A stretch of 64,000 nucleotides of DNA from Iphione sp. A-MEVVRFRX5 (GCA_976226885.1 OZ320313.1:156302001-156366000); one strand, 5' to 3'. Shown: positions 50,108 to 63,614, counted from the first letter of the stretch. A program made the numbers and translations. Notes: generated from the sequence alone by a model not told the origin.

Positions 50108-50789
50108 GGCTGGCTTTCCATGTGTGTTGGTTTTTCCCTGTACTTCATGTATGTGTGTATGGAAAAATGATCTTATGCTAATATATAGTGCTCTTTCCAT
50201 GGGTACATGGAGCATGGTGTGTGGTGCAGAGAGGTCCAGAGACGGAAAACAGCCCTAGGCCATAAATTTACATGTTTTCTGGACTCCGGAGACCCACAGG
50301 AACCACTAGGATAGAGGAATGGGGGTATTCAGCTGGATAGACACTAATTATCACATGATAGCTGTTCTGCAATATTTTCTAATTTATCATTTGCATTAAA
50401 AAGCTCAGTCCACACGGATTTGGATGGAAGTCCTTGAGATATATTCAAAAACTCACCATTTAACCAAAATTGGACAGAATTCCTCGAAATTAGCACAAAA
50501 ACTCACAGTTTACACAGATTTGGATGAAATTCCTCGAGATCTATGCAGAAAAAACTCAATGTTTACACAGAATCGGACAGAATTCTTTGCAATTAACAAA
50601 AGAACCACATGTATACACACACTAGGAGAAGGGTCTGCTTCTGACTATTCCTGTCCCTTCCTGACATGTCCTGACCCTTTCTGATTCATATACATGGAAT
50701 CTGGGAGTTTGGAGGAGTCTGAAAAATCGGCCAATTTTCCAGACACCTACGTGGTACAGAAACAAATCTGTATACATGGAAAGCAGGCC
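50108..50789. mobile_element. PIF/Harbinger-type element (682 bp) with internal minisatellite, in putative ADGRV1 3'UTR
   Basis: TIRs GGCTGGCTTTCCATG / CATGGAAAGCAGGCC (2 mismatches); flanks TGA/TGG; TIR related to the 8680 element. Confidence 0.6.
50412..50591. repeat. About 3.5 copies of a 50-53 bp minisatellite with dimeric (~100 bp) higher-order structure
   Basis: Units at 50412, 50462, 50512 and 50565; units 1/3 carry TTTGGATG, units 2/4 carry GGACAGAATTC. Confidence 0.85.
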
Positions 50790-51737
50790 TGGAGGCGCAG
50801 GATCCTTCATGGCACATGCATGGCTCGGTATACAAAGCACTTTAAGGTTGTACTAGACTTTCCCTGAGGCATAATAGTTTTCTATCGTATGATATTTTAA
50901 AAAATGTATCAATGTAATGTTTAAGCAATTATGTCATCATTACTACAATGGATGATTCATATTTTAACATCGTTTGATGGAGCTTAATCAAAAAACACCC
51001 AGACAAAAACTGTTCCCCAGTTGAGCCTTGCTAACCATAGTGAAGTGCGCAACCCTTTAATAGCTTATTCTATGACCCGCAGATATGTAGTTCGTTAATG
51101 ATTTTTAATACGTCTCATTATCTCTATTTATCTTCCACATAAAGCCCCAGTGCACAAAACCTACCGTTTGTTGGAGGAGCTAAATGTTTTGCTTCCAGGC
51201 TTTCATTTACAAGTCGAGTTTTCCCTGCGCTGGTAATGGCTCCTGATGATCAGCGAACAAGATTACTTCTTGCTTTCTCAACATCCCTAGGCTGTTCATG
51301 TTACCCGAAGGGCAGGCGATAAGTGTGTTAGGGCCTCAGTGTCGACAAACATAACTAGGAACATGTCTTTCTTTATCGCCTGATGATGAATTTACAACAG
51401 GCCATTTTTTTTCAAAAAATGTCGCGACTTCTAGTGGTCACATCTTGAGCAAAGAACAAAACAAGGTGATAGGAATGTAGTTCGTTTCTAAAATACTTAC
51501 AATACCTGAAGGTAGGACGCTGACATTAGTCTTTTAATGGAAATTCCTGCCCTACCGTTGTGGGTGAGTACCTACAAAAGTGACGCTATAACGACCACCC
51601 GGTCAGAATTATTCCTATTTAACATTTGTACTGCATAATGATTTCTCGTAGTTATTTACTCATATATAAATGTAAATATATATTATGTAACTGTATGATG
51701 TTTTCAAATTTAAAGTATACGGTGTGATCCACAGTGA

Positions 51738-51743
51738 AATAAA
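51738..51743 (+). terminator. Candidate polyadenylation signal of ADGRV1 (3'UTR about 2.4 kb)
   Basis: First AATAAA I found after the stop codon, in an AU-rich context with a T-rich downstream sequence. Confidence 0.35.
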
Positions 51744-52519
51744 GAACAAGGTGCTATTTTCCCATAATTATACAATTCATATTGTAATTATTGTAAGATT
51801 GCGTTGAAGCTGTCAGTGGCATTGTCCAGGCTTCATTTGGACCAGTAGGAAACACATAAATGTCATTCCAGTAAGATTTTCCAGTGTTTGTTTATTAGAT
51901 TCTCGTTATTCTTTATAAATGTATTTTCCATGAAAACATATCCTTTCAGGTAGTCAAATTCCAATACGATGGCCATAATCAACTTTACATTTGCGAATAT
52001 GAATCTGAACAAAACGATAATTATTACCTTTGTGATACCAATATTACAACTTGTGAGGTCTTGCCAGTGCATTTTGATCCACTCTGAAATAATATCATTT
52101 CAGAACTAAATGCCCTTTCCTGATTTTGTAGAAGGGACATCACCTTTTGATAAATAAACTATTTCATGTAAATATGCATTTTTTCTCGCTAAAGGCAATG
52201 GAGCGAATAAGATTTGGCCTTGCTTGGTCTATACAAGTAATGCCTTACACCCGTCAACCGACACTGCTGCTCCGAAAGCGTATTCTTAATGAGCATAATA
52301 TATGGGTTTTTGAATGGGCACACGAACAACATGTCTTTTTCCGGTTCGCATGCTAGATATGAACAGACCAGACTTGGGTTCTTGCCCCCAGATTTGAATG
52401 CTCTAAATTCAATTTATTTGGGAGTTCCTAAGTTATGTATCGTTGAAATATTTTAAATGAAGAACAGTACGATGCAGGGGAAGACTAAGTTAACGAATGC
52501 CGAACTGCAGCCCTCTCTC

Positions 52520-53760
52520 GTAAATCAATTGATACAAAATCTGGCTGGAGAGCCTCGAAGTGTTGGCCCTGAAGGAATGCACTGGACGCCGCTCTGATCT
52601 TTGGCCTTTCTCCAGTTGATCAACACAACGAGAAATCTTGTTACTCCATCAGAAATCTGGTCACAGGCAAAGCGCCATTCCCCGAGTTGAACTAGCGTGA
52701 GAGGGTGTGCGACGGTGGGTGTGTACGACTGTCGGAGAGGTGGGTTCAGATCGGAGGTCGGGTGTGGGGAATTTCGGTTATAGTCAGCTGTGGGTTTGAA
52801 GGTTGGCCGGAAGGATTCAGACGTGGGAGTCAAGGTTCGCGGAGGAGTGCACGATAGAATTAGTCAGCAAAAAGGAGGAAGAGGGGGAGGTTGAGCTCAT
52901 GTGAGCTCACGGATAGGAAGGGTGATGAGAACACAGACATGAAAGAGGCGTAGGTGGGGGTAGAGAGGCACGAGAGGAGGTCTGCCTATTTGGAGGGCTC
53001 TGAGAGCTGGTTGGAACCGGAGCTAGTAAGAAATAAAATTAAAGATGCAGAAAGCCTAACGAGCCTCGTATACATTACTATCAGTGACCTGTGAGGTCAG
53101 GATCTTGGTGAGCCGACGGGATCGCATTACGACAAGCTAGGCTGTGGGTTCGGGGTTGATTGCGAATACTACAGGGGCATTTTGAAAGCTGAAGAGGCAG
53201 ACATGAGTCATCGCTAGGTCCGGTACTGAAAGGAGGCGGAGGGATAGAGCTACTCCCCTCTGATTCTGTGCACTGAGTGGGGGGGGGCACAGAGTGGATC
53301 AGGGAATTCCTTTAATGGGGATTACGGCAGACAGGCAGACAAGAAGTAGTGGACCCGACCGCCATGTAATTCGCAGAGGAAGGAGCTCTCGGCAGGAACG
53401 GAGCGGAAATGTTTGAAGGTCAATAGATGAAGGTAAGCTCTCTAGAATAGACGGGGCAGTTTTAGTAGTTGTGGGAGACATGGTAAAGCTCTGCTGGTGG
53501 AGCTCTCAAGATGGCCTGAGCAGGTGGAGGTCCGAAAGAACACTACATCCAGTCAGAGAAGCATTTTGGTGGCTTCTTCTCCATAGGCGGCTACCCCAAG
53601 GTGACGGCAGGTCATAGTAGGTAATCCGATTTTCATGCTTAGGGCTGATTAACCTGCCCTCCCCTGGACCTAGACCGAGACGGTCTGGGCACCGGTGCGA
53701 CTGTCGAGCGGGCTAGCAGGACATCATGGTTCAAAGGTCACCGACCTCAGTCATGGGGAC
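52520..53760 (-). mobile_element. Probable L1/Tx1-like LINE relic (ORF1 end, Pro-rich spacer, endonuclease start)
   Basis: Frameshifted minus-strand peptides SSTRGMALCL and SDGVTRFLVVLINW resemble the APE motifs SRGVAIL and D..GRFLVV; upstream CSGHLES is knuckle-like. Resemblance judged by eye only. Confidence 0.4.
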
Positions 53761-54059
53761 TCCTTGGCCGGCTTTCAATGCCATCCCATTTCGAGAATTC
53801 CTTTAGACCCGCTGGAAATTGAAAAGCTTTTAACGCGTTGGCCTCTGCACTAATGCGAGCCGAATACTTTGTGGCACAGTGGTTTACCTATAGAATTAAC
53901 TGCTGATTTACTTTCTGCTATGCAGTGTGTGGCTTTAAGGACCCACAGACTATGTAAAAGTAGAGTCGGCAAAGTTCGTATCAGTGGACATGCAACAGAT
54001 TACGCACATCTTCTATGAAGGGCTCCAGGAAAATAAAAGTATTTAGAAATAAGAGTAGG

Positions 54060-54207
54060 GGGCAACCCTGGGTACTCTGGTCTCTCAATTCTTAACAATA
54101 GATGGTAGTATGCTACCCCAGGAGGATATGGTAGATCCCTGTCATATAATAGGTGAATATATTCCTGGTAAAAGATACAATGAAATGAAATTAAATGAAA
54201 TGAATAA
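54060..54207 (+). mobile_element. Possible SINE remnant with (TGAAA)n tail
   Basis: CCTGGGTACTCTGGTCTC core-like segment; ends ATGAAATGAAATTAAATGAAATGAA. Confidence 0.3.
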
Positions 54208-57200
54208 GACGAAACATTACTGAACCTCAGGCTTAATCTCTTGTACTGTATAGGGATGTATCACATACTTAAATCAACTAGTGAATAAGTTTTAAATATT
54301 TGTTAAGGTCTATTAAAAATATCTATATTTCCAGTAATCCGACCAAACCTGCCAACTGAAATATTTTTTATTGTTTTGTGAGTTTCTTGAGAAAGACTGA
54401 GGCTAGAGACTCTCGCTGTACACAATTGTGTTCCTGATTAGCCATAACATGATACTAGTTTGATTGCGATCTAAGCAGTACATGTTATATTACCATAAAC
54501 ATTCGTTGTTTTCAGGATCTATTAACAAAGAAGAAATTATGTAAATAGAAAAAAGAGAAAAATAACTAATGACCTTACATGTTTTCAGCATGTCAACAGA
54601 CACACTTTACTTTGGCCTAATAATCTAACGTTTATGGCGTGTGTGCTTTGCAGTTATTTCGATGATTAATCCATGTTGGATATCCATATATAACGTAACT
54701 AGGGTGATTGAGGGTGTTCTTTCGGAACCTCCCCTCCCCTCCCGACTTAAGTTTGCCTTTCGCCTTGAAGATAGTTACCAGAGCTCTACAAATAATATGG
54801 TGTGTTTTAATACGGCACAGGACACTGCTGGCTCCAGTAAATAGAGCTATTGAACAAAAACTTTGTAGAGGATTGATTTTGGTTTAAAAATCAAGTTTAA
54901 AGTGCTACCTCAGCAGAAAAATGACAAACACACCCACACACAAAGCTCCGTACGGGCCAGGAAAAGGTGTATGTTCGGTTGCAAAATACACGTGCATAAG
55001 ACAACCAGTATCATAACCGTATCCCACGAAACTAATGCTTTTCATTCGCGAAACTTGGGTGAGAGCCATTTTCATCAGGATATACATTTTCATCCTAGGA
55101 GACCGTAGCGCTAAGATTCAATTTTCTCTCAGCGTGCATAATTAGTTTAATAAGCACAGAATAGACTCATTTACGTGGGTTTTGTAGGTGCCGTTCTGAC
55201 AACAGCCTGCTTGTAATTGCTAATTAAACATTATTGTTGAGACCCACCGCAGTCATCCAAGTTGTAGGGATTGATGATTTGACATGCTGAAGTCTTGATG
55301 AAGAAGCACATTCACTTATGAGGTATCTGAACACGTCATTAACGTGAAACAATGATGCATCTTTGGTTACAATAGAGTGCCCTGCCACCTTTAAACGCCA
55401 GAGAGACCATTCCTTTGGTCAAGACAGAGTGGTCCATTTGTCGGATTTAGCCCAGAGCAATGTCTGTAGTCCCTACAATGCAGAATTGCCATCGCCGCCC
55501 CTGTATTGAGAATAATTAGCCACTGATCATTACAAATAACCCTGGGGCGTAGAATGGATGTTTCAGCGAGGAAGCACATGTATACGCTGGCAGCCAAATA
55601 GGGGCTGGTGATCTTAATGGAGTGATGTGACTACTTTTCCGTTCTCAGTAATTGTTTGTCGTGGGATCTGTTTTCGTGTTTAGCGAATGGATGTAGGTGT
55701 TTGTTCATGTCTGTGCCTATCATCTTACTTCGATACTTCCGAAAATGTACTTTTAGTCTCTCTTATCTCCCTCTCCTCAACGATGACCATACGTTGGAGC
55801 TACCGCTGGTGGTGAAACTGAATTGGGCACAAGCATTCAAGGAAACCCACTGTTGTATTCATTTGAATATAATGTATTAGTGTACTAATATTTTTCCACC
55901 TCGGGAGAAAAGCTAACCTGATAAGGGCCAATGGTGTCTTAAGGTAGTTCCCACGGTAGGTAGAGGAGTGCCCTCTGGTATTATATCATACTACACTGGA
56001 CCCATTGAATTTCTATGGACAGCATTATTATTCAACAAAACTGACTGTACGTCACTTTACAAGTGGCCATAGGATTAATGCTTAAGTTAAAAACTACTCG
56101 TAAGATAACAGAAAACTAGTTGTAATTGTGCACCAAAATCAACATTTGTATAAAAATCTCTACAAAACTGCAAAAGTCTAACAAAAAACGTTCTGAATAT
56201 CACAGAAATAACTGTCTATGTATTCGTAGGTCTGTTTGATATTCCAAATCCTACAATATCACATTCAAGTTACGGCCGGTCGATAGATGATATCATGAAT
56301 AATAATTGTATATATCACATTGCCCTCTAAAGTTATACAAGTAGTCACAGACTCGTCTCGGATTAAGAGTAATGCCTACTGCCAGTTGTGGGCCAGGCTA
56401 TATTATATCTAAAGAGGTACGTTCTCAATAATTTTATATCGACAATTACAAATGCCTGCTGAAGTTAAGTCAGTTCTCATATGGGACTTCCAGCTCATTC
56501 GTGATATTATCAGTGCCTTCTTCATTAGCCCATTGTATTCGGATCCTAATTTCTTCACTTCTCTTGTCTTGACATTCAAGTGCCTGCCTATGAAAGGAAA
56601 TAATTTGAGGTGGTAATTACAGAGAAACGGTGCCTTATTTCATCATTAAGGTTTCGAATATATTTGAACGACAGACGATAAATTAGCCTAAGATTCTCTA
56701 TAGCTAAGTCTTTTTCTACAGCTACATTTTTGTCCTGGGAAAATGCCTTTGCACAAAATAAAGCTAATTTCAAATAGGATTAGAATCGTCATTTTATGAC
56801 ACTTTGAAACATGCGTGTCATATAGTTTAGAGCACTAATGCCTAATCAATTATTAGGATCCTTCAAACCATGATCGAATATATAGTTCTGCAAAGCGAAA
56901 GGAAAGCAGAAAATATTTGTTTTCATTTGTGAGGAATCACCAAGGTTTATTTGGAAGGAAATATTTTCAACCAGTGAATGCAGTAAACGCTGATTTAGAG
57001 AATGCCCTTGTGATCCGCTGGTGGCACTAACAATAGCTTCAAATGTTGATGTTCGGTTGATCAGTAGAATAACTGACATAGCATATGTAAAGAATTGGTT
57101 TTCATAAATATTTTGTTCTTCTCCGAAACTTGAATACAGGTACAGAGTTTTATGGTCTCTTTATTGATTACGATGGTGATATGTATAATTCATGATCATT

Positions 57201-57779
57201 ATACACCATATTAGTAGTATTCTCTTACAAAGTCAGTGTGTACTCCCCTTGCCTACACTCGACTGTTACATACTGTTGGCTCCGTGAAACACGGATGAAT
57301 ACCCCAGTGACATGGCCATTCATGCCACAGTCCAGCTATGAACAGAGCAAGAACTTCATTGATTGCATCTCCGTACAGGACGACTCTTCTCTCATGAGTA
57401 TGCATCGGTGGGATTCAAAGGATTATTAAAGGAACGTAATTCAACCGTTAAGTAATGTAAATTTGTTTCGGTGAATGAAATACTAAATGCGTAGTGAGGT
57501 AATGAAACCAGAACTCTTAGGACAACGCATTAGGGTTTTTCTTTTCATCAAACCAAAGCATAGATATCTTATGAAAAACGATGAGCTAATTTATCGATGA
57601 CGATCGACATGAAAAACAAAACAAAACTCATGAGAGTGAGATCGTGAGGCATAACACAGTGAGAGGGTCACCAAGAAAAAAAATTACAACGAGTTAGATG
57701 AGGACAACTCCTGGGTTGATTCTAATGGGCACCGAATGGGAGTTGGGAGCTGGGGACGAAACGCCAGGGGCGCATGATA

Positions 57780-58130
57780 CCTATGACGTCACACTTGGCA
57801 GTCACGTGCCAACGGTCCATTACCTGAAGCCGCAGCGCCGCCACACGGACCGATGTGGCCCCGTTGTCGTAAGGGCAAGTTTAACGGTGCAGTACCGTAA
57901 CTTTATAGGCGAACCAGGCCGGCCGGTTTTCACATCTGCATACGAGCTGCTCCTAATCGACAGGAAGTGGCTAGCAAAGAAAAGACGAGAGCCTCGATTC
58001 TTCGTCTGTAGTATTTGACGATGGTCCTCCGTCTCGTGGGGCACCCACCAGTCAACGCTGTCGGCGGCCTACCCTACGTGTGCCGCTATGACAAAACCGC
58101 AATGGCTAATGGACCTTACAAATGGCGGCC
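57780..58130 (+). promoter_or_regulatory. Orphan CpG-rich cis-regulatory/promoter-like block
   Basis: TGACGTCA 57784-57791, GTCACGTG 57801-57808, CAGGAAGTG 57961-57969, AAATGGCGGCC 58120-58130. Confidence 0.45.
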
Positions 58131-60430
58131 ATGCCGCACCTAATGGCTGCTCTCCAGGGCTTTAAGGCAGGCGTCTGTGTGCTACCGAAGACAGAGAGAG
58201 CCTAGAGCCATTCTTAAAAGAATGGATACCTACCCTACATACATACTGAAGTGGGGGTGGGGGCAGTCTAGCCATTTATACCTAGTCGATGTACAAGTAA
58301 GTGGGGTGACATCTAGGCGGGGACTGGAACGATTTGCTGACATTTCGATCTCTTTAGGGCAGAGCCCATAAGATAAATCAGGAGGGAGGGAAAGTTAGGG
58401 AGCCAGAGAGGAAGTCACAGATTTGCTTGCGTTTAACTTACCCACATAGTCGCGCCTCCGCATTAAATTGCCTTTAAAACCCATACAGTGGAAAGTTTTT
58501 AATCAGGACTCTCTGATTCTTTCGCAAACTGTCCCTGACTGAAAAGGTCTCTATTAGAGACTTCTTTTAATATATAGCAAATACAATCTGCTCTTGCCAA
58601 ATGTGTCCCTGTAGGAGGCACATCCCTCATGGAGACGTGGCCCTAAGGTGTGGCTTTCCACTGTACTTGGAAGACAGGGTGAACAGGTTAGAACTAGAAA
58701 CGGTAACGATGAGAATCCCGTGGGACATGTACCAGTATTTAAGGACAGATCTCCAGAAGAGACCAGGAACGATAGTAACACCGACGTACACCACTCTACT
58801 ACATGTTACTGGTTCTGGGAACAACCATAACACACGGAGAAACTCTCCCAGCATTTGAGAGCAGTCTCGGATGAAAAACACGGTCACGTACCAGAGCGCA
58901 TCCTCACGTGTCCAGACAATTAACCTGCTAATTCTAGAGTGGATGATTTTATATATATTAGATTTCGTCAATATATATATATATATTTATAGACTAGCCG
59001 CTACTTACGCAACGAGTCACCAAACATTATGAGTTTCTTTTTTTTATCCAGATGGTGTCATTATGTACACACAACAACAATAATAAAAATATGAGCGGGA
59101 ACACTGCCACAAATAGCCATACAACAGTTTCATGTATCGTTATGTATCGTTCAAGGGGGCTGAATTGGCTAATGATAACATTTCAAGACTTGGCAGGTTG
59201 GTGCACGTTACGTCCTCTCTTCTCCATAATGATATCACAATCAATAAGATTAATAAGTACCTGGATATATAGGCTCCCAGGTAGGCGTTAGCTGCGTCGG
59301 GTAGAGCAATGTTCTGACTGTCGACTCATCAAGTACAACATCTATAGGTATCATCATATATAGGAGACACACGTATACAAAAATCAGTACCTTACTTGTT
59401 GTTAGTCTGTATACACGGATTCACTTCAAAATAGCCATCTCTAATCGTGATATTTTTTTTTTTCTTTAGGAAAGGGGCAGATATCAAAGTAGGTGAGGAA
59501 CACGCATAATTTCTCTTATTGCTTCACAATAATATTCATAGTGGGGGCTAATATGACTATTATAACGCATATCGAAACAATTAATAGTGGCTATACATAT
59601 AAGGAAAAAGAAAATCGACGGTTCAGTTAATTCACACAGGAATGGAGCTAAAATTGCAAGCAAGACCCTGTCTATAATCGTTTCTTCTACACTAGGCAAT
59701 ACAGCCTTTCGAAACGTATATCTCTCGGACGATATAAGCAGCAATGTAACACTCGAATGCTACATCTTAGTATAGGGTAGCAAAATATCCGTCTTATACG
59801 CCATCGCATGGATTAAGTAGTCACTTAAATCTAGAAAACATACCAACTACGTAACTGACGCTAAATCAGGAGGGGCCAGAGAATCTGCTTTGCACGGCTT
59901 GGCGTGCATGAGTATTTTGTGACAATTTCTTTTCAGTTCCATCCAAAGGTCACCATATTGAGAACAACATCTCATCGGCCCCTCTCCTCATATCTAACGG
60001 TAGCTGTACAGGTCCTTACTATTTTGGTGGTACGGGATCGACAATGCATTTCTGTACAGCCATTCTATCATATAGGGATTCTTAGCAGTGCAAGTTATAC
60101 CTCATCCGTTTTCATGGGAAATATATATTACATGTACATATCTTTGTGGATCGCCTCAGGCAAAGGGGCGCGCGTATTGGTCAAGAGTTAGGCAGGAATA
60201 AATGGCAAGTGGAAATGCGAAAGGATAATTCATAGGCATCCATAGTATTAAAAAATATTCCGTTTTGTGTACAACCATGATGCAACCATTATAGAATATC
60301 GTTCAGCAGCTCAGGACTATCCTTCCTCTCGACTGCACATGGAAATTAGTTTTGGGTGTGTATGGAGAGTGTGAGTGTAGTGGTGCGTATGGGCGGTGGC
60401 TGTTGTGGTTGGCTCGTAGCGGGGTGTTTG

Positions 60431-61017
60431 CTAAATCTCATCGATAAGATTTGCTGGCTTGGTCATCGGCTTGAAGACCAAGATACTAATGGAGGATAGG
60501 AAAGAGCCGATAAGGAAGAGCCAGAACAGAAACCGGTCCATGATATGCGCCACCAGGCGCCATTCGTTAATGATGTCCTGGAATTCATCCTCGCCGTCGT
60601 GCTTGGACACGAGGATCTTCAGGTGCCGCGATATCTTATCGTAGTTCACGTTCCTGTCTCTGTTGTTCTCCCCAAGTCTGCCGCCGCCTCCTCCACCCCC
60701 GCCGTCGTTCAAGCCGAACTGGTGGAGCTGCGACTGGTTCAGCCGGCCATTGCAATTATTCGTCTCCTTCAGCTCGAGATTGTCTATGAAGGACGTCAGA
60801 CACACGTCATCCTTTTTGGAGTTCGGCTCACGATAGCTGTAGTACCCTTGTAGATGAGAGGTCATGCAGATTGCGCGCGCAATCACGCCAATGACTACTT
60901 TCCGGATCCACACCGGGACGGCTTTGGTGTTGGGGCCGACGTGGTGCAGCTGTAGCACAAACACCGTCAGCACTATGGAAAGTGACGTCATCGCCATGGT
61001 CACCGTCAGGTATATAC
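60431..61017 (-). CDS. Nicotinic acetylcholine receptor alpha9/alpha10-like, last exon: M3, intracellular loop, M4
   Basis: ctcgtag|GIYLTVTMAMTSLSIVLTVFVLQLHH...EWRLVAHIMDRFLFWLFL...NLIDEI*; the phase-1 acceptor matches the previous exon. Confidence 0.95.
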
Positions 61018-63078
61018 CTACGAGAGAGACAACACGAGAGGAACCTTAGTTTTTGTATTAAGCTCTGATACTGCGCCAGAACTCTTGTTAGAAAAACCAA
61101 TATATATGGGATTCACCTATTTGCTTTGGTTAAGGAACTAAGGGCCTCAAATTTGATCACCTATAATTGGGATTATATGAGGCTTAGACCTGATCTATTT
61201 CGCAAACAAAGTTAACGTATATCCAGTACACAGCATTGGCGGTAAAAAATACAGTTCATATGTATTCAAACAGAGCAAAACAGGGAGCAACCATGACGGG
61301 TTTCCCATCAATATATGCATAACCTTTAAAATGCATTTTTTGCAAATAGACCGTTTTTAGCAAACGATGGAAAGCATTTAAAACGTTACACAGCCATTGC
61401 GTGAAACGTGCTGACTGTCATTGGTGCGGTCTTCGGATGTTCATCATCACCTGGGCACAAACGAAATGCTCCTGAACATACACAAAGCTGAACAAAGAAC
61501 TGCACTTATGATAGCGTGTTAATGGAATAGGCACCGTACGGTACGTCCACCGCTGGGTGGAGACCTCTGGTGGCCGGTTAAGGTGGGCGATAATCAGGTA
61601 GCAATCGGCACTAATGGGTCCCAAAGGCCGGCTGCTTCCGACAAGGAGGTCACTCCCAGAGCCATTCCTTCCCGGGTCCAGACCCTTACCTTGCATCCCG
61701 GCTGACACACACAGGCTCTTGCAGGTCACTCCCACGCTCCCCGGGAGGACTAACCTTCACCCCACGCCAAGAAAGGGACACTTCCAGCGCACTAGCCCAG
61801 ACTCCGCCAAAAATCAACGTCCACCTACTTAAGCCTGCTAAGTGCTCTCTAGTTTCTCTTACTGTCAAATGTAAGTGTTTGTGGTACCTCTCACCTCGAG
61901 GCCACGTTCTTAAGGCTTGGTTTGGTTCGATGGCAAATTGAGCAGTCTAGAGAATTCCTTTCATGCTTATGTCCAAATTGGGATGGTTAGCATAGATGTT
62001 CTAGACAGATTTTTACACAGGATTGCTATAGAGCACTGTGAATATACAGTAGCAAATCAGATTTAAGACCACAGATAGGAATACATAACTTGCCCACTAA
62101 CCATGATGTGCCTGCATTATACATGTGCAATATATATGACGAACTACGTGTATTTAGACCTCCTAATTGAGCGTCGCTCGATCTGAGTTGCTACTGCATA
62201 CTGCTAGTCTCAAATTACTCTCAAATATGGTTGAAATGTTATCAGTCTTATGGCTTATATGCGCGCGTATGTATTTAAGAAACTTGCAAAATACTCATGT
62301 TTAATTATACCTTGGTAAGAATGCTGACTTAATGGAACATTTACTGGGATAACCTGTCTATGACCTGCGCCTAAGCGTGCCAAGAAATATAAAGGGCAGA
62401 TACTGCAGGTCGCGTGCTAGTGGTAGTAGTGCACTGGAAGCTCACTTTTTGTCAGGTATGAGCTTCAGGCAGGGTCCGAATTCTAAAACTTCGTTTTGGT
62501 CACGCACCATTCCATGCAAGACAAATGTCAATCTAACGTTGCAATGTCGTGTTACTGTTGTATGTTAGATACCTATTATCGAGTTAAATGTCTCCTCGGT
62601 TCTCTAAAGTCATCTTTTAAGCAGGTCAAACACCAACTATGAACAATGTTGTTGCCAATATCGGACGCCTCAATTTTCGGCCTTTACAGCCTAACGATCC
62701 TCTAGCGTACAGCTTAGGGGAGGTTTGGATATTAAGCCATATATGTTTTTAAATAGATACATATGCATCCAAAATGTCTATTAAGGTCTGTAACATGATG
62801 AATAACAAACACTCGCATATTAGATATTCTATGCATATGCATGGCGAGTTTCCGATTACGCACACTAAAGGCCTGACAAATGATTTTAATGGATAATTTT
62901 CGCTCGCAGAAAGGTTAATATGTACAAAAGTTATAATTCACTGTTTTGGAACATTGCCTTGTGAGTCATTGCGGCTACTATAAATTTCCAGCAGATAACT
63001 GTTTTCGAATAGAAATATCTTAGCTGCTGTGTTAACACCATTCACTTAAGATAACATAATGTATGAGTCATGACTTAC

Positions 63079-63614
63079 CTATGAGTGGTACAAACTCTGA
63101 AGTAGCCGGCATGCTCTCGGCTATAAGGAGCATGAAGACGGAAAAGGCGAGAAGGACGGTGATGCCAAGTGTTATCTTCTCCCCTGAATCAGGCGGCAGC
63201 CAGAACCCAAGCAGGCTAAGGATTGTCAACCACAGGCAGGGGAAGATGATGTTGAACAGATAGTAGAGAGTACGACGCCGCATGACGATGGTGAATGTGA
63301 CGTCTGGATAGGGCTCCGAGCAGCATGGATAGAACACCTCATTTCGAAGTACTTTGATCCCGAGTAGCTCCCATTCACCACTATAGACATAGTTCTGGAG
63401 GTCCACCCTGGCTGACCTGTTAGTTACATCCACCTGGAAGCCGTCATATGTCCATGAGCCGAACTTCATCTTACATTTCTGATCGTCAAATGGGAAGTAG
63501 GTAATATCAATCTTGCACGAACTTCGCAGTTTGGCAGGAGGCGGCCAAAATACATTGCCTTCATTGGACACCATGGCTTTGCTTTGCATGAAGCCTTCCG
63601 TGAAATCATCCGCA
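63079..63614 (-). CDS. Nicotinic acetylcholine receptor alpha subunit (alpha9/alpha10-like), penultimate exon: ligand-binding C-terminal half, M1, M2
   Basis: Cys-loop CKIDITYFPFDDQKC, loop B WTYDG, loop C YPCC with vicinal Cys (alpha type), M2 GEKITLGITVLLAFSVFMLLIAE. Acceptor caacag|T and donor G|gtaagt. 536 nt, phase 2-1. The gene's 5' exons lie beyond position 64000. Confidence 0.95.

Noticed and set aside
51313-51382. 10-bp inverted repeat in the putative 3'UTR (SECIS-like look)
   Set aside because: A stem this short is expected by chance in 64 kb, and there is no in-frame UGA in the CDS.
59281-59330. tRNA A-box-like TAGCTGCGTCGGGTAGAGC; B-box-like sequence at about 44610
   Set aside because: No cloverleaf or matching partner box; at most decayed SINE fragments.
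61500-61850. GC/Pro-rich ORF cluster in the nAChR intron
   Set aside because: No splice signals compatible with the receptor frame and no recognisable domain; probably a TE remnant but not classifiable.
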